The notes beneath the pieces were generated by a model. It had not been told where the DNA came from and searched no databases. It saw nothing but the letters and a program-made list of their open reading frames with translations. Below are positions 1 to 10,447 of a DNA stretch of 44,333 nucleotides, in pieces. Every line of letters begins with the position of its first letter. Position 1 is the stretch's first letter. The translations under genes and the position numbers were made by a program. The stretch lies in NCBI RefSeq assembly GCF_001194135.2, contig NC_068983.1:12690829-12735161 (forward strand), given 5' to 3'. This DNA comes from Octopus bimaculoides (taxonomy: Eukaryota).

Positions 1-1019
1 ATATATATATATATATACACACATACACGTACATTCATATGCATACATACGCACTCATTGAATTAGTATATATATGTATGTATACACATATGAGTAGATA
101 GAAAATAGACTCACGCACACGTACATGAATGCATGTTTATATTATTTGTTTCATTTTAATAATTTGTGTACGTTTTGTTTGTCAGCCGTTCGTGTATAAG
201 AACCATATAATATTAATTTCCAATAAATATTTCCACTGGACTACTGATAATTTTATATTCATTGAGAATACTGTTAACAGAATTGGGAGATCTTCTTTAA
301 TTATAATTTTGGCTCGCAGTTCATTCACCGGAAATCTAAAATCTTATTCCGTTTTTCCGTTTTGCCATTAAAGTTTTGTAAAAGTATCCAAAGTAATTTT
401 CCTCTTTCTTTTTTCTGAACATCGGTTTTATAATTAATTCTTTGCATTTAATAGAAATATGTTTCGTGTTGCCTCATAATAGTATTTTGAAAGAGTTTTC
501 TATGCAACGACACCGCGCCCTCATATCAGATATTCTGAACAGAATATAAGGCATTGTGTGTTTATATAAAAGTCGTAAGAGAATATTAGATTTCAGTTCA
601 GTATCCCATACAATAATTCATTTTCTTCAAGTTTCCAACAATATATACATGCATGTATAAATATATATATTCACGTATACATGTATAGAAATTTATATTG
701 TGTACACATACATACATAGGTGTATATATATGCATATGTGTGTGTTGGGCGTGTGTACATGTGTTTGTATGTCAGTATTATCAACGAAAAACCCACAAGC
801 ATAATTATCGAAATGGAAGATGCTGTAAATACAATATGGCTTTTGCGACATAATGAAAAATACCGAACATTAATATTCTAATGGCTCATCACCAACACAA
901 TTGGCCTTTCATCAGAAACTGATTGCCATTCTACCAACCTCTCCTCGATGCATTGAAGCAAAGTCAATTTTATTGTCTTCCGTTCACTGAACCATCAGTA
1001 TTAAAACGTCATATTTTAG

Positions 1020-1188
1020 ATGTGTGTGTGTGTGTGTGTGTGTATGTGTTTATGCATATGTGCGTATGCAAGTGTGTGTATGGACATGTATATATATACA
1101 TATATATATATGTATGTATATATACATAAACATACATACACATATATATATTATGTACATATGTATGTATGTATATATATATACATAC

Positions 1189-1241
<53 letters not shown>

Positions 1242-1444
1242 NNNNNNNNNNNNNNNNNNNNNNNNNNNNNNNNNNNNNNNNNNNNNNNNNNNNNNNNNNN
1301 NNNNNNNNNNNNNNNNNNNNNNNNNNNNNNNNNNNNNNNNNNNNNNNNNNNNNNNNNNNNNNNNNNNNNNNNNNNNNNNNNNNNNNNNNNNNNNNNNNNN
1401 NNNNNNNNNNNNNNNNNNNNNNNNNTATATATATATATATATAC

Positions 1445-1509
<65 letters not shown>

Positions 1510-1700
1510 TAGAGAGAGAGTTAGAGAGAGAGAGAGAGATAGAATGAAACACAAGTTTACATGCACGTATATGCGTGCATATGTACATATGCATTTTAAT
1601 TTTATAGAAGGGGTAAATGTTTGTATATATGTGTGTATGTGTGAGTGTGTATGTTTATGCATATGTATATAAACATGCACACGCCTCTCATACACTTAAA
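1020..1700. repeat. Compound microsatellite (TG)n/(TATG)n/(TA)n/(GA)n around N-gap 1242-1425
   Basis: Directly visible dinucleotide and tetranucleotide runs; the overlapping ORFs are low-complexity translations ([12 protein letters not shown]). Confidence 0.95.
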
Positions 1701-2169
1701 CGAATAAGACGCACATATGCGATATTCATTTTGTTGGAAGAGTTAAATCGTGAGATGATTGAATGATTCAGTAATCATAAAACTTAGCTTGTATACATTT
1801 CTACTTCTGTTTTCCGGATATTAAAGCTACTCTTTATTAAAATACTAAATCTAATATTTACCAAACTTAAGTAGTGGCTGAATCATTTCCAAAGTAGTAT
1901 CTGGTCTAGACAACTGTCTTTATTTGATTTGATGATGTGTTTGAATTTTATATGAATATTCTTGAGATTTATTAACGCCATCGCAACCCTCCACACATGT
2001 TTATAGTCGAACATAAACACAGATTTTGAAACGCGTCTCCATCTTTTGTATTAAATAGGTTTTTGTAAAAATTATTATAGATTTCTAGATTCAACGAATG
2101 CTTTTTAATTTTGTCTGTCATTTGTAAATGATTTACAGAATGTCATAAGACAGAAGACAATGATCCTCT

Positions 2170-2690
2170 TCATGAACTTCTGAGCTCGTGGCTGAGCTTC
2201 CAATTATTAATTCTACCCGCTAACAATAGCTGTCAAATCTCCCTCAAATTACACCTATTATCTTAATATTTTACATAAATTAACCCTGGGTTTTCTGTAT
2301 ATAGGAAGCTGATTTTACTGATCATCAGTAAATACGTTACAGTTTATCATAACACGAGATGGTGAGCCATTCAGTGAGCATGTGAACTGATAAGAGACTC
2401 AGCAAGTGGTAGGCAAGCCTGCTAAGTATAATGTCGATCTCCTTGAAATCACATCTATTGTCTGAAATTAGTGGGTAATGTGACCTGGATTCCATGTGTA
2501 TGGTAAGATGATCGTATAATTACGGTTGGAATGTCTTTGATACTAGATCGACTTAATTTAGGTCGATATAGGGCAAAATCCACCCACTACCAAGATCTAA
2601 TAGACGAGGTAATGGAGTTGTAGTTAGGCGATTCTTTAAAGCTGCTTGATATAGCAGGCAAACATATCTCAAATCACATGTTACTGCCTC
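2170..2690 (+). repeat. Cluster of degenerate copies of a dispersed repeat, probably an old SINE
   Basis: A motif resembling AATAGCAGCCAAATCTCCCTCAAATCACA recurs at ~2224, ~2430 and ~2652, and again at ~16520 (+) and ~21930 (-). Confidence 0.4.
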
Positions 2691-2699
2691 ATATAAAGA

Positions 2700-2877
2700 C
2701 TGGATATTCATATAAAAAATAATTTTGTGCATTATTTACATTATTTACATTCGACCTATATTTGTCCTCAACTTGTTTGTTGTTAATACAACGTTTCGGC
2801 TGATATACCCACCAGCCTTCATCAGATGTCTTGGGGAAATTTCGAACCTGGGTTCTCATTCCTAAGGTATTTTTCGA

Positions 2878-2909
<32 letters not shown>

Positions 2910-2989
2910 GTGTCCAGGTCACTGCTTGGAATCGAACTCGGAATCTCGGGGTTAGTATCCCGCACTCTTAACCACCACGCCATATGCCC
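2700..2989 (-). mobile_element. tRNA-headed SINE with internal (AAT)n and hammerhead ribozyme motif, copy 1
   Basis: Minus strand starts GGGCATATGGCGTGGTGGTTAAG (A box) then GAGTTCGATTCC (B box), followed by (AAT)n and a body nearly identical to 32607-32897. Confidence 0.85.
2785..2830 (-). ncRNA. Minimal type I hammerhead ribozyme motif (Penelope-type), copy 1
   Basis: gacat-CTGATGA-a-GGCTG-loop-CAGCC-GAAACGTT-gtatt. Catalytic core intact, 5-bp stem II perfect, stem I has one mismatch. Confidence 0.65.
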
Positions 2990-3597
2990 ATTAAATGTAG
3001 AACTGAAAAAATAATTTTACCTGCAATGGTATGATGAAGGACTTTTTTTTATCATAGGTCTGTTTGGTCAGGACTGACGTGGGTGAGCAAGAACAGGAAG
3101 AACGAGAACAACAATATCAGAAACAAAAACCACAACTACAACAACAGCGGTAGCTGAAGCATCAACAACAACGACAATAACACACGAGGAATTTCTGTGT
3201 ACTAAACTCGTATCATAAATAATCGGTGGATAAAAGATCATTGGCAATTTTTGTTTTTAGTATCAACAACTCCGATTGAATTTATAACAGAATTTGTTGA
3301 TTTAATATTTTTCTCTATTTTTGTTTGTTTTAGATTTTTATCCAATCAATATTGAAAATGTTAGTTGCAAAGGGAACGACCATTTTAGGCGGCTTATTGA
3401 CTAATTGTCTCAGTTAGTTTAATACCTCTCGTAATAACGAAGCCAAGAAAGTGTATGAAGAATAAATATGTTTCTGTATCCGTTACGTTAATCAGGTAAA
3501 GAAAAAAAAATTAAATAAGCTGCTTTCCATTTTGTACAGCGGTTTTGAGCCGGTGAGGCGCTGTTAGAGTTTAAACGTCATAATATAAAATTAACAT

Positions 3598-3800
3598 TCT
3601 TCTCTACTCGAGGCGCAAGGCCCGAAATTTTGGAGGAAGAGGCCAGTCGATTAGATCGAAGCCAGTACGCAACAGGTACTTAATTTATCGACCCCGAAAG
3701 AATGAAAGGCATAGTCGACCTCTGTGGAATTTGAACTCAGAACCTAAAGACAGACGAAATACAGCTAAGCATTTCGCTCGGCGTGCTAACGTTTCTGCCA
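3598..3800 (-). mobile_element. tRNA-derived SINE family 1 (tail type A)
   Basis: Reverse complement reads TGGCAGAAACGTTAGCACGCC...CTGAGTTCAAATTCC...GCCTTTCATTCTTTCGGGGTCGATAAATTAAGTACC; imperfect TSD aaa(c)ttaacatt. Confidence 0.85.
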
Positions 3801-4089
3801 AAACTTAACATTATCATCTTTTAAAACCGTATATTCAGGGTAATTTCTGTTTCTCAAGTCTTCAGTTCTTTGTTTTGGTTAAAGTTATATTTTATGTGTA
3901 TATGTTCTATTACGTGATTAAGGTATTCACTCAATTCTTTCCGTTCTTCAGGTTCGAACATGTTACGGCCAGCATCACACATTTTAAAAACGTCTCGTAT
4001 TAAATGATGGCTGTGTACTCTTTACTAGTACCTCAGTAGTTATAAAATTTGTATAAAGGGACAGAATCAATATGATATTTACTTAATCT

Positions 4090-4280
4090 TCTGTAATAAT
4101 TATGTCTACCAAAGGCACAAAGTCTGGAGTTTTAGTGGAAGATATTAGTCGATTAAATCCTCGTCAATACAGGACTTCTGCTCTAATGTATCAACCCAGG
4201 GAGTAAGAAATGCAAAGTTGGCTTCAGCGAGATCTGAATTCACGGCGCTGAGAGGCAGAACAAATTTGGCAATTTATTTT
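4090..4280 (-). mobile_element. Highly degenerate SINE family 1 copy
   Basis: Colinear weak similarity to 3598-3800 (aaggcacaa...gtcgatta...tgcaaagttggcttcagcgagatctgaattca). Confidence 0.5.
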
Positions 4281-4387
4281 CTTTGATGCTTTTTTTTTCG
4301 TTAACTTTATGACGTACTATGTAATAATATTGTAAATATTCCTGTTCCATTTGAGTATTTTATCTATTCATATTTATGTTGTGATGA

Positions 4388-4588
4388 TTCTTTCTGCTAA
4401 AGGCACAGCTCCTGAAACTTTGGGAGAAGGGGAAAGACGATTATATTAATCTCAAGGCTGATTGGTAATTCTTTTATCGACACCGAAATGATGAAGGGCA
4501 AAGTTAAACTCGGAGGGTTTTGAACTCAGAACGTCAAAACAGACGAAATTTCGCAAAGCATTTTGTCTAACGATTCTGTCAGCTCACC
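4388..4588 (-). mobile_element. SINE family 1 (tail type A)
   Basis: Same head and central block (ttttatcgacaccgaaatgatgaagggcaaagtt...tttgaactcagaacgt) as the other copies. Confidence 0.8.
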
Positions 4589-4611
4589 GACTTTTTATTT
4601 CTATTAATAAT

Positions 4612-4806
4612 TATTTCTACTCTTAGCACAAGGTCTTGAAGCCTTTGGGGGGGGGGGTCTAGTTAATTACATCGACCCCAGGGTGTAATTGGTACTTATT
4701 TCATCTACCCGAGGAGATGAAAGGCAAAGTCGACCTCGGAGGAATTTGAACTCAGATGAAAAACCGCTACGCATTTCGACCGGCGTGCTAACGATTCTGC
4801 CAGCTC
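4612..4806 (-). mobile_element. SINE family 1 (tail type A)
   Basis: atgaaaggcaaagtcgacctcggaggaatttgaactcag...cggcgtgctaacgattctgccagctc; immediately adjacent to the previous copy. Confidence 0.85.
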
Positions 4807-5432
4807 GTTGTCTTTTTATTTGTATTAATAATGACCACAATATTATTTCCTTTGTACACACCTGTTTTCGATCACTATTTAAAATTCATTTAATATCAAA
4901 TCAATATAATGCGTCGAGCTGGTGGAGCCGTTATCAAAACGGAAAACATATTCTTAGCGGCATTTCGTCCTTCTTTACGTTCTGATTTTAAAACAAGTTG
5001 CGGTCGCTTTCATCATTAGCTCCCTCCCATGAAATTGCTGGCCTTGTGATAAGAATTTGAAACCAATACTAAATCAGTAAAGTGTGATTTAGGAGGTGAA
5101 TCATCTAGTAATAATAATGGACACTCTATTTTCAGAATCTATATGAGATTTTGGAATGAAAATACTTTAATATTCAGAAAGTAATACTTTTTGATTTAAT
5201 AACTGACATTTTGATTATAAGTCAATAAAAGTAAGAATTTTAACTCTGATCATAGTAGAATTAAATTATATATCTGATTTCTACCATCAACGACAGACCA
5301 CATACTTTGGAAGAATAAGCTGTGGATCAATTGAAATGAATTAGATGCAAATTTGATCTCTTTAAAAGGTAATTCAATCGGTCTTTTCATACATACAACC
5401 AAACCAGATATCGATTCCTAATATTATCACAG

Positions 5433-5629
5433 TTCAGGGTGGTGAGCTGGCAGAATCGTTAGCACGCCGGGCGAAATGCTTAGCAGTGTTACGTTCTGAG
5501 CTCAAATTCCGCCGAGGTCGACTTTGCCTTTCATCCTTTTGGGGTCGCACTGGGGTCGCTGTAATCGACTTCATCCTATTCTTTGTCCCCTCTATGTTTA
5601 GCCCTCTGTGGGCTATAAAGAATTAAATA
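5433..5629 (+). mobile_element. SINE family 1 (tail type B) with 13-bp TSD
   Basis: Head GGTGAGCTGGCAGAATCGTTAGCACG, tail tttgtcccctctatgtttagccc; flanked by AATATTATCACAG at 5420-5432 and 5630-5642. Confidence 0.9.
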
Positions 5630-5649
5630 AATATTATCACAGATCATCA

Positions 5650-6075
5650 GTTTCTGTTGGGGTGGGGGGGCAGAGTCGAATAAATTGATGCCAGGACTCC
5701 TGCTGCTATTTTATTTGATTGACCTCTAAAAGACATATGTCTAATTTAACCTCGATATAATTTGGATTCAAAATGTAAAGAGCCTGAGCAAATACAGCAA
5801 AGCGTTTAAACGACGTTCGAAGAATTGCGCCAATATAACACCTTAATAATATTCTGGAAAATAAAACTTTTCGACTTCGGCAAGCGGTGACAAAATACCA
5901 AGAAAGGGGTAGTCTATCGAATGAATTGTTTCATGTACTTCATTGGTACTTTATTTTATGGAAACTCGAAGGGTGGAATACCAAATCCATCTTGGTAGGT
6001 TTTGACCTCGGAATGTCAGGCAACAGAGTAAATGGTACAGGGCATTTTGTTTGACGCGCTAAACCTTCTGATATG
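5650..6075 (-). mobile_element. Two tandem, strongly degenerate SINE family 1 copies
   Basis: Remnants of gtcga...ggtactttattttat...tttgacctcggaatgt...gcattttgtttgacgcgctaa at ~5650-5840 and ~5850-6075. Confidence 0.5.
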
Positions 6076-6835
6076 GTTTAAGCAAAGCACTGTACCGTTT
6101 CTATAAAGTCACTGCTTTATCAAATATATTATTTCCGTCTGATCTTAAACCATACAAGATTTTACGGTTATATTATTACTCGCTTCTAATAAAATATTCC
6201 AGTGATCTCGAGAAATAAGTTTGAGAATTTTATTCAAACACCAAACAGCACAACTCCCATGAAATGAGAAAGGAACGTCTTACTCATGTTCGTAAGGTGG
6301 GAGGCTTTAATAAGTTTCACAGTTATTCCTACTAGCAATAAATAAAACTAGAAATCAGTTTAAACACAACATGGCTTTCCAATTATCTATTGATGATAGC
6401 ATTTTCCTTTCGCCTCATGTGTACTCTCTGCACTTTAACAACCATTACTCATAAACGGTAGGTAGGAATCATCGACCAAATCCAAGAATGAGATTTTCGA
6501 CAAATCCTTATTGAATGTCAAAATTTAATTATAGGGTGGAATCGGTGGAGCTTGCTTGCAGCCATTTCACTTGACGCATATCAAGGTTGATTCCTTCAAA
6601 TGCTGTTCCACGTAGGATATTGATTGTAACGACATATTTAATTTCCAGGTTATATTGCAACTAATAGCAATTCAAATGATAACGCACCCATTCCACCACA
6701 CAAAAGCCCTTGTGTTATTGTATCAGTTATCTATAATTTTCACATCAAGAATTATATTTATTTCTTGAAAACGAAGGTGACAGCTACATTGGTTGGTATT
6801 TTGGAATTTTTGCCTAAATAGATTTGCCGATAAGA

Positions 6836-7078
6836 TCATAATTTTCGAAGCGTGCTAGATTTCACTAATGACATTGCTGCTTCATAAGTGTTGCTGCTTT
6901 CATCTAGTTCTGTGATTACTGGAATCTTTCCACTCCGTTTACCAATTTGTCTTTCGATGAACAGGACTTTGTAGAAGCTAGCAAGTTTCCACTTGATCGG
7001 TAACTGTGCTATTTCCCCATTTATTCCATTTATCTTTTCTGCTTCGATAATTTCAGAAGCACAACCAAACGCAGCAGT
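6836..7078 (-). CDS. Candidate terminal coding exon, product unknown (TAAFGCASEIIEAEK...VKSSTLRKL*)
   Basis: 81 open codons in AT-rich DNA, non-repetitive peptide, acceptor tatacag| at 7079-7080, AATAAA on the minus strand at 6757-6762. No family recognised. Confidence 0.3.
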   Translation of the reverse strand, partial: TAAFGCASEIIEAEKINGINGEIAQLPIKWKLASFYKVLFIERQIGKRSGKIPVITELDESSNTYEAAMSLVKSSTLRKL

Positions 7079-7628
7079 CTGTATAGTAAATATACACATC
7101 AATTTTATTAAAGTGGTGTTTTTATTTTTGCATGAACACATTCCTATTCGATAAAAAAAATCTTCCTTTTTCTTCATAACTTCGTAAATACATAAAATAA
7201 ATATATTCTATCTTGGATCTCTCAACTGTCATTTAGTAAGATATAATAGTTAGTTATGTTATATATTTCTGTATGGGAAGGGTAAATGATAGTATTTATT
7301 ACTATTTATACACTATGTATCTTAATTGGAAGGAAATATACACTAAGCATATGTTATATTTCAACATATGTCCAATCAGCATACTGGGAATAATAGACGC
7401 TGCAAAAACATTTTAAATTAAATAGTCTCAAACTTTGTCCTTCATTAAAAGACTAATAATTAGAGAAAATATAGAAGGGACATTTCCTCTCTTGTGGGAC
7501 GAAGTATTTAGAATAATGAGTGAAAGAAGAATGAACGTAGAAATTAGTAGAAACACGAACGTTAGAAATACATAGTAGAGATCGTATTGCAAGTACATCA
7601 ACGAAGTTTCTGTCTGTCATATTCGATT

Positions 7629-7662
<34 letters not shown>

Positions 7663-7810
7663 CGACGGACTTCTTTCAGTTTCCGTCTACGAAATCCACT
7701 CACAAGGCTTTGGTCGGCCCGAGGCTATAGTAGAAGACACTCGTCCAAGGCGCCACGCAGTGGGACTGAACCCAGAACCATGTGGTTGGTAAGCAAGCTA
7801 CGTACATACT
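7629..7810 (-). mobile_element. tRNA-derived SINE family 2 (CORE-like block), head plus microsatellite
   Basis: GGTTCAGTCCCACTGCGTGGCGCCTTGGACGAGTGTCTTCTACTATAGCC...GAAACTGAAAGAAG then (TA)n(TG)n. The block resembles the MIR/CORE motif; octopus OR-type SINEs are CORE-SINEs (family assignment is inference). Confidence 0.85.
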
Positions 7811-7859
7811 GTTGTGGAAATCAGCTGCCCAGCGGTTGTTCACAGAAAGCTAAATATTA

Positions 7860-8335
7860 ACGAAAATAGAAAATACCTATGCTGCACTATTGAGAGATCT
7901 ACAGCTACTCTATCTGGATTATAAGTTCGGCGTTGTTGCTGCAAGCGGAGTAGTTGATGTCTTTCTCAACAGCTCCTCACTCACACCGTATTGTAATCCG
8001 TGGGATTACAATCGGATAAATTAGGGACTAAAGAAATTTGGACAACAACCTTTGACTGTTCTCTCCGACAGCTACTTTTGATTGTTGCCAGAGGTATTGC
8101 AGGGAGCCGAGGCCGTCTCTACATATATGGCCTTCTAGCAACAACCCTCTGATTGAATCATGGTTTCCCGCATCTTCACTGTCTGAGTGAAGCTTGAAGT
8201 CTTGAGCAAAGATGTAAGGATGATTTCCGGCTGGTGAATGCAGCGAGAAAGCCTAGAGAGTTCCTTTTGCTAGCTACAGCTTCATATTTTTCATCGCAGC
8301 TGCCACGTCGTACAGCCTTTATAGTATTCACAAAG
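7860..8335 (-). mobile_element. Decayed Tc1/mariner transposase fragment, maT (Bmmar1/DD37D)-like
   Basis: With frameshifts and stops: HPYIFAQDFKLHSD, RPYM*, SAPCNTSG, PNLSDCNPTDY, *GAVEKDIN. These match maT motifs PPHFF, RPYVWQQDSAPCHTS and WPPNSPDCNPLDY..WGAVE. Confidence 0.75.
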
Positions 8336-8347
8336 CATTGATTACTA

Positions 8348-8500
8348 GGTGCAGGGGTGGCTGTGTGGTAAGTAGAACCACATGGTTCCGGGTTCAATCC
8401 CACTGCGTGTCAAGTGTCTTCTACTATAGCCATGGGGCCCACAAAAGCCTTGTGAGTGGATTTGGTAGACGGAAACTGAAAGAAGCTCGTCGTATATATG

Positions 8501-8557
<57 letters not shown>

Positions 8558-8758
8558 TCCCCCAACATCACTTGACAACAGATGCTGGTGTGTTTACGTC
8601 CCCGTAACTTAGCGGTTCGGCTAAAGAGACCGATAGAATAAGTACTAGGCTTACAAAGGATAAAGTCCTGGGGTCGATTTGCTCGACTAAAGGCGGTGCT
8701 CCAGCATGGCCGCAGTCAAAATGACTGAAACACGTAAAAGAGTAAAAAGAGTAAAGAG
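8348..8758 (+). mobile_element. Full-length SINE family 2 with internal (TA)n(TG)n
   Basis: GGTGGCTGTGTGGTAAG head, GGTTCAATCC B box, microsatellite at 8492-8555, 3' module ...GGCGGTGCTCCAGCATGGCCGCAGTC...(AAAGAGT)n. Confidence 0.9.
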
Positions 8759-8896
8759 TTATGACGTCAGCATTTCGGTACCTGATACAAGTGACTCTTC
8801 CCATATTCCGATGCCTTCCGACCCTCCATGTCAGCAATTTCTTCTCAATTGCAACTGCAGTTTATGCTCTCCTACACCGTTCACTATTCACCAATA

Positions 8897-9396
8897 CAGT
8901 AATCCTCGACTATCGCGGGTTTTACGTTCCAAAACACCCCGCTATATGTGAAAATCCGCGAAGTAGAGACAGTACTGTACTGTTTATTTCATTTATTATT
9001 TTTATAATTTGTATATATCTATTTTATTATAAATGCAAAACAACACCACATACTCACCTCCCGAGTTTCGTCTCCTGTACAGTATGTGCTATTCTTTGTT
9101 TACCCATCTACAGTACACTACGTGTTTATGGTTTATGTATTGTAATTAGTATGTTATTCAGTGCAGTACTGTACTGTAGTTTTATTTATTGATTTAATAA
9201 TTTTTAGCGGTGAAAATGCTTATTTTACCACAGAAATGATTAAAATCTAAAAAAAAAAAAAAATAAATACCTATCGGCTGTAGATTCCCGCGATATACTG
9301 AAGAGTCCGCGATATAAATTTACATATATCAGCCAGAAAAATCCGCGATGTATTGACGGTGCAATAGGTGAACCACGATGTGGCGAGTGGTTACTG
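8897..9396. mobile_element. Tigger/pogo-like MITE, 500 bp
   Basis: TA|CAGTAATCCTCGACTATCGCGG ... CCACGATGTGGCGAGTGGTTACTG|TA: imperfect TIRs with TA target duplication, no ORF. Confidence 0.8.
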
Positions 9397-9999
9397 TACA
9401 TCAATCTGTTCGGGAAAAAGGAGACATAAAATAGATCAAAATCCTCGAATATTTTATATGCATGTTTGTATAAATATGTACGTTTGTGTGTGTATGGGGA
9501 ATATTTTTTTTCTATTAAAAAAATACACTAATACAGAAGTGACACTACGTTGTCAGGTGAATGTTACACCAGCAGCAGTAGCAGTTACTCAGATATTCAC
9601 CGGACAATGCGGAGCTACTCTCCAATCGGATATAGAATGGCTGGATTGTCCCATTTCTGAAACGTTCGCATATGCTCATGGGCTATTTTGTCTGAAATAC
9701 TTAAAGGTTACCCAATTTTCCTTTCGCTTTGTTGGAAGCACTCCTGCTTCAATATTATTTTTTTCTTTTCCTTCTGCATCACAATGCTTTAAATATACTA
9801 CAACGCTATTCTCTCTTTTTTTTTCTATATTTTAGGCATGTATTGAAACCACTGTGACAAAATGGTCAAGAATTTCGCTTCACTACTACGAAGTCACGGG
9901 ATCGATCTTACTGCATAGTGTCTTTGACAAGTGTCATTTTCCAAATTCTGATCGACACATACTCTATGACTGAAATTGGGTTGGCAGAAACTGCATAGG

Positions 10000-10447
10000 G
10001 AAGGCGGTGAGCAGGCAGAAACGTTAGCACGCCGGGCGAAATGCTTAGTAGTATTTCGTCTGACTTTACGATCTAAGTTCAAATTCCACCGAGGTCTACT
10101 TTGCCTTTCAACCTTTCGGGTCGATAACTTAAGTACCAGTTACGCACTGGGGTCGATGTAATAGACTTAATCCCTTTGTCTGTCCTTGTTTGTCCCCTCT
10201 ATGTTTAGCCCCTTGTGGGCAATAAAAAATAGGAAACGTTCGCACGTTGGGTGAAAAGCTTAGCGGTATTTCGTCTGCCGTTACATTCTGAGTTCAAATT
10301 CCGCCGTGGTCGGCTTTGCCTTTCATCCTTTCGGGGTCGATATATTAAGTAGCAGCTGCGTACTGGGGTCGGTCTAATCGACTTAATCTCTTTGTCTGTC
10401 CTTTTTTGTCCCCTCTATGTTTAGCCCCTTGTGGGCAATGAAGAAAA
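10000..10447 (+). mobile_element. Head-to-tail dimer of SINE family 1 (tail type B) inside one 14-bp TSD
   Basis: Monomers at ~10000-10232 and ~10233-10447; AGAAACTGCATAGG at 9986-9999 and 10448-10461. Confidence 0.9.

Noticed and set aside
129-640. Possible Penelope RT remnant on the minus strand (VVQWKY...IIWF)
   Set aside because: Only one weak motif, and the flanking motifs could not be recovered.
1009-1695. Long ORFs here and at all other gaps (e.g. 12968-13699, 24621-25400, 30804-31580, 39952-40671, 43185-43880)
   Set aside because: They are translations of microsatellites and N-runs, not genes.
3598-6075. Regularly spaced similar sequences as a CRISPR-like or tandem array
   Set aside because: They are ~200-bp diverged SINE copies in mixed orientation with individual TSDs, in eukaryotic DNA.
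7990-8012. 10-bp hairpin ATTGTAATCC/GGATTACAAT
   Set aside because: It is a by-product of the codons for the DCNP.DY transposase motif.
9368-9835. 155-aa plus-strand ORF
   Set aside because: It starts inside the MITE TIR and a (TG)-rich stretch, shows no recognisable domain, and gives equally plausible exon readings on both strands.
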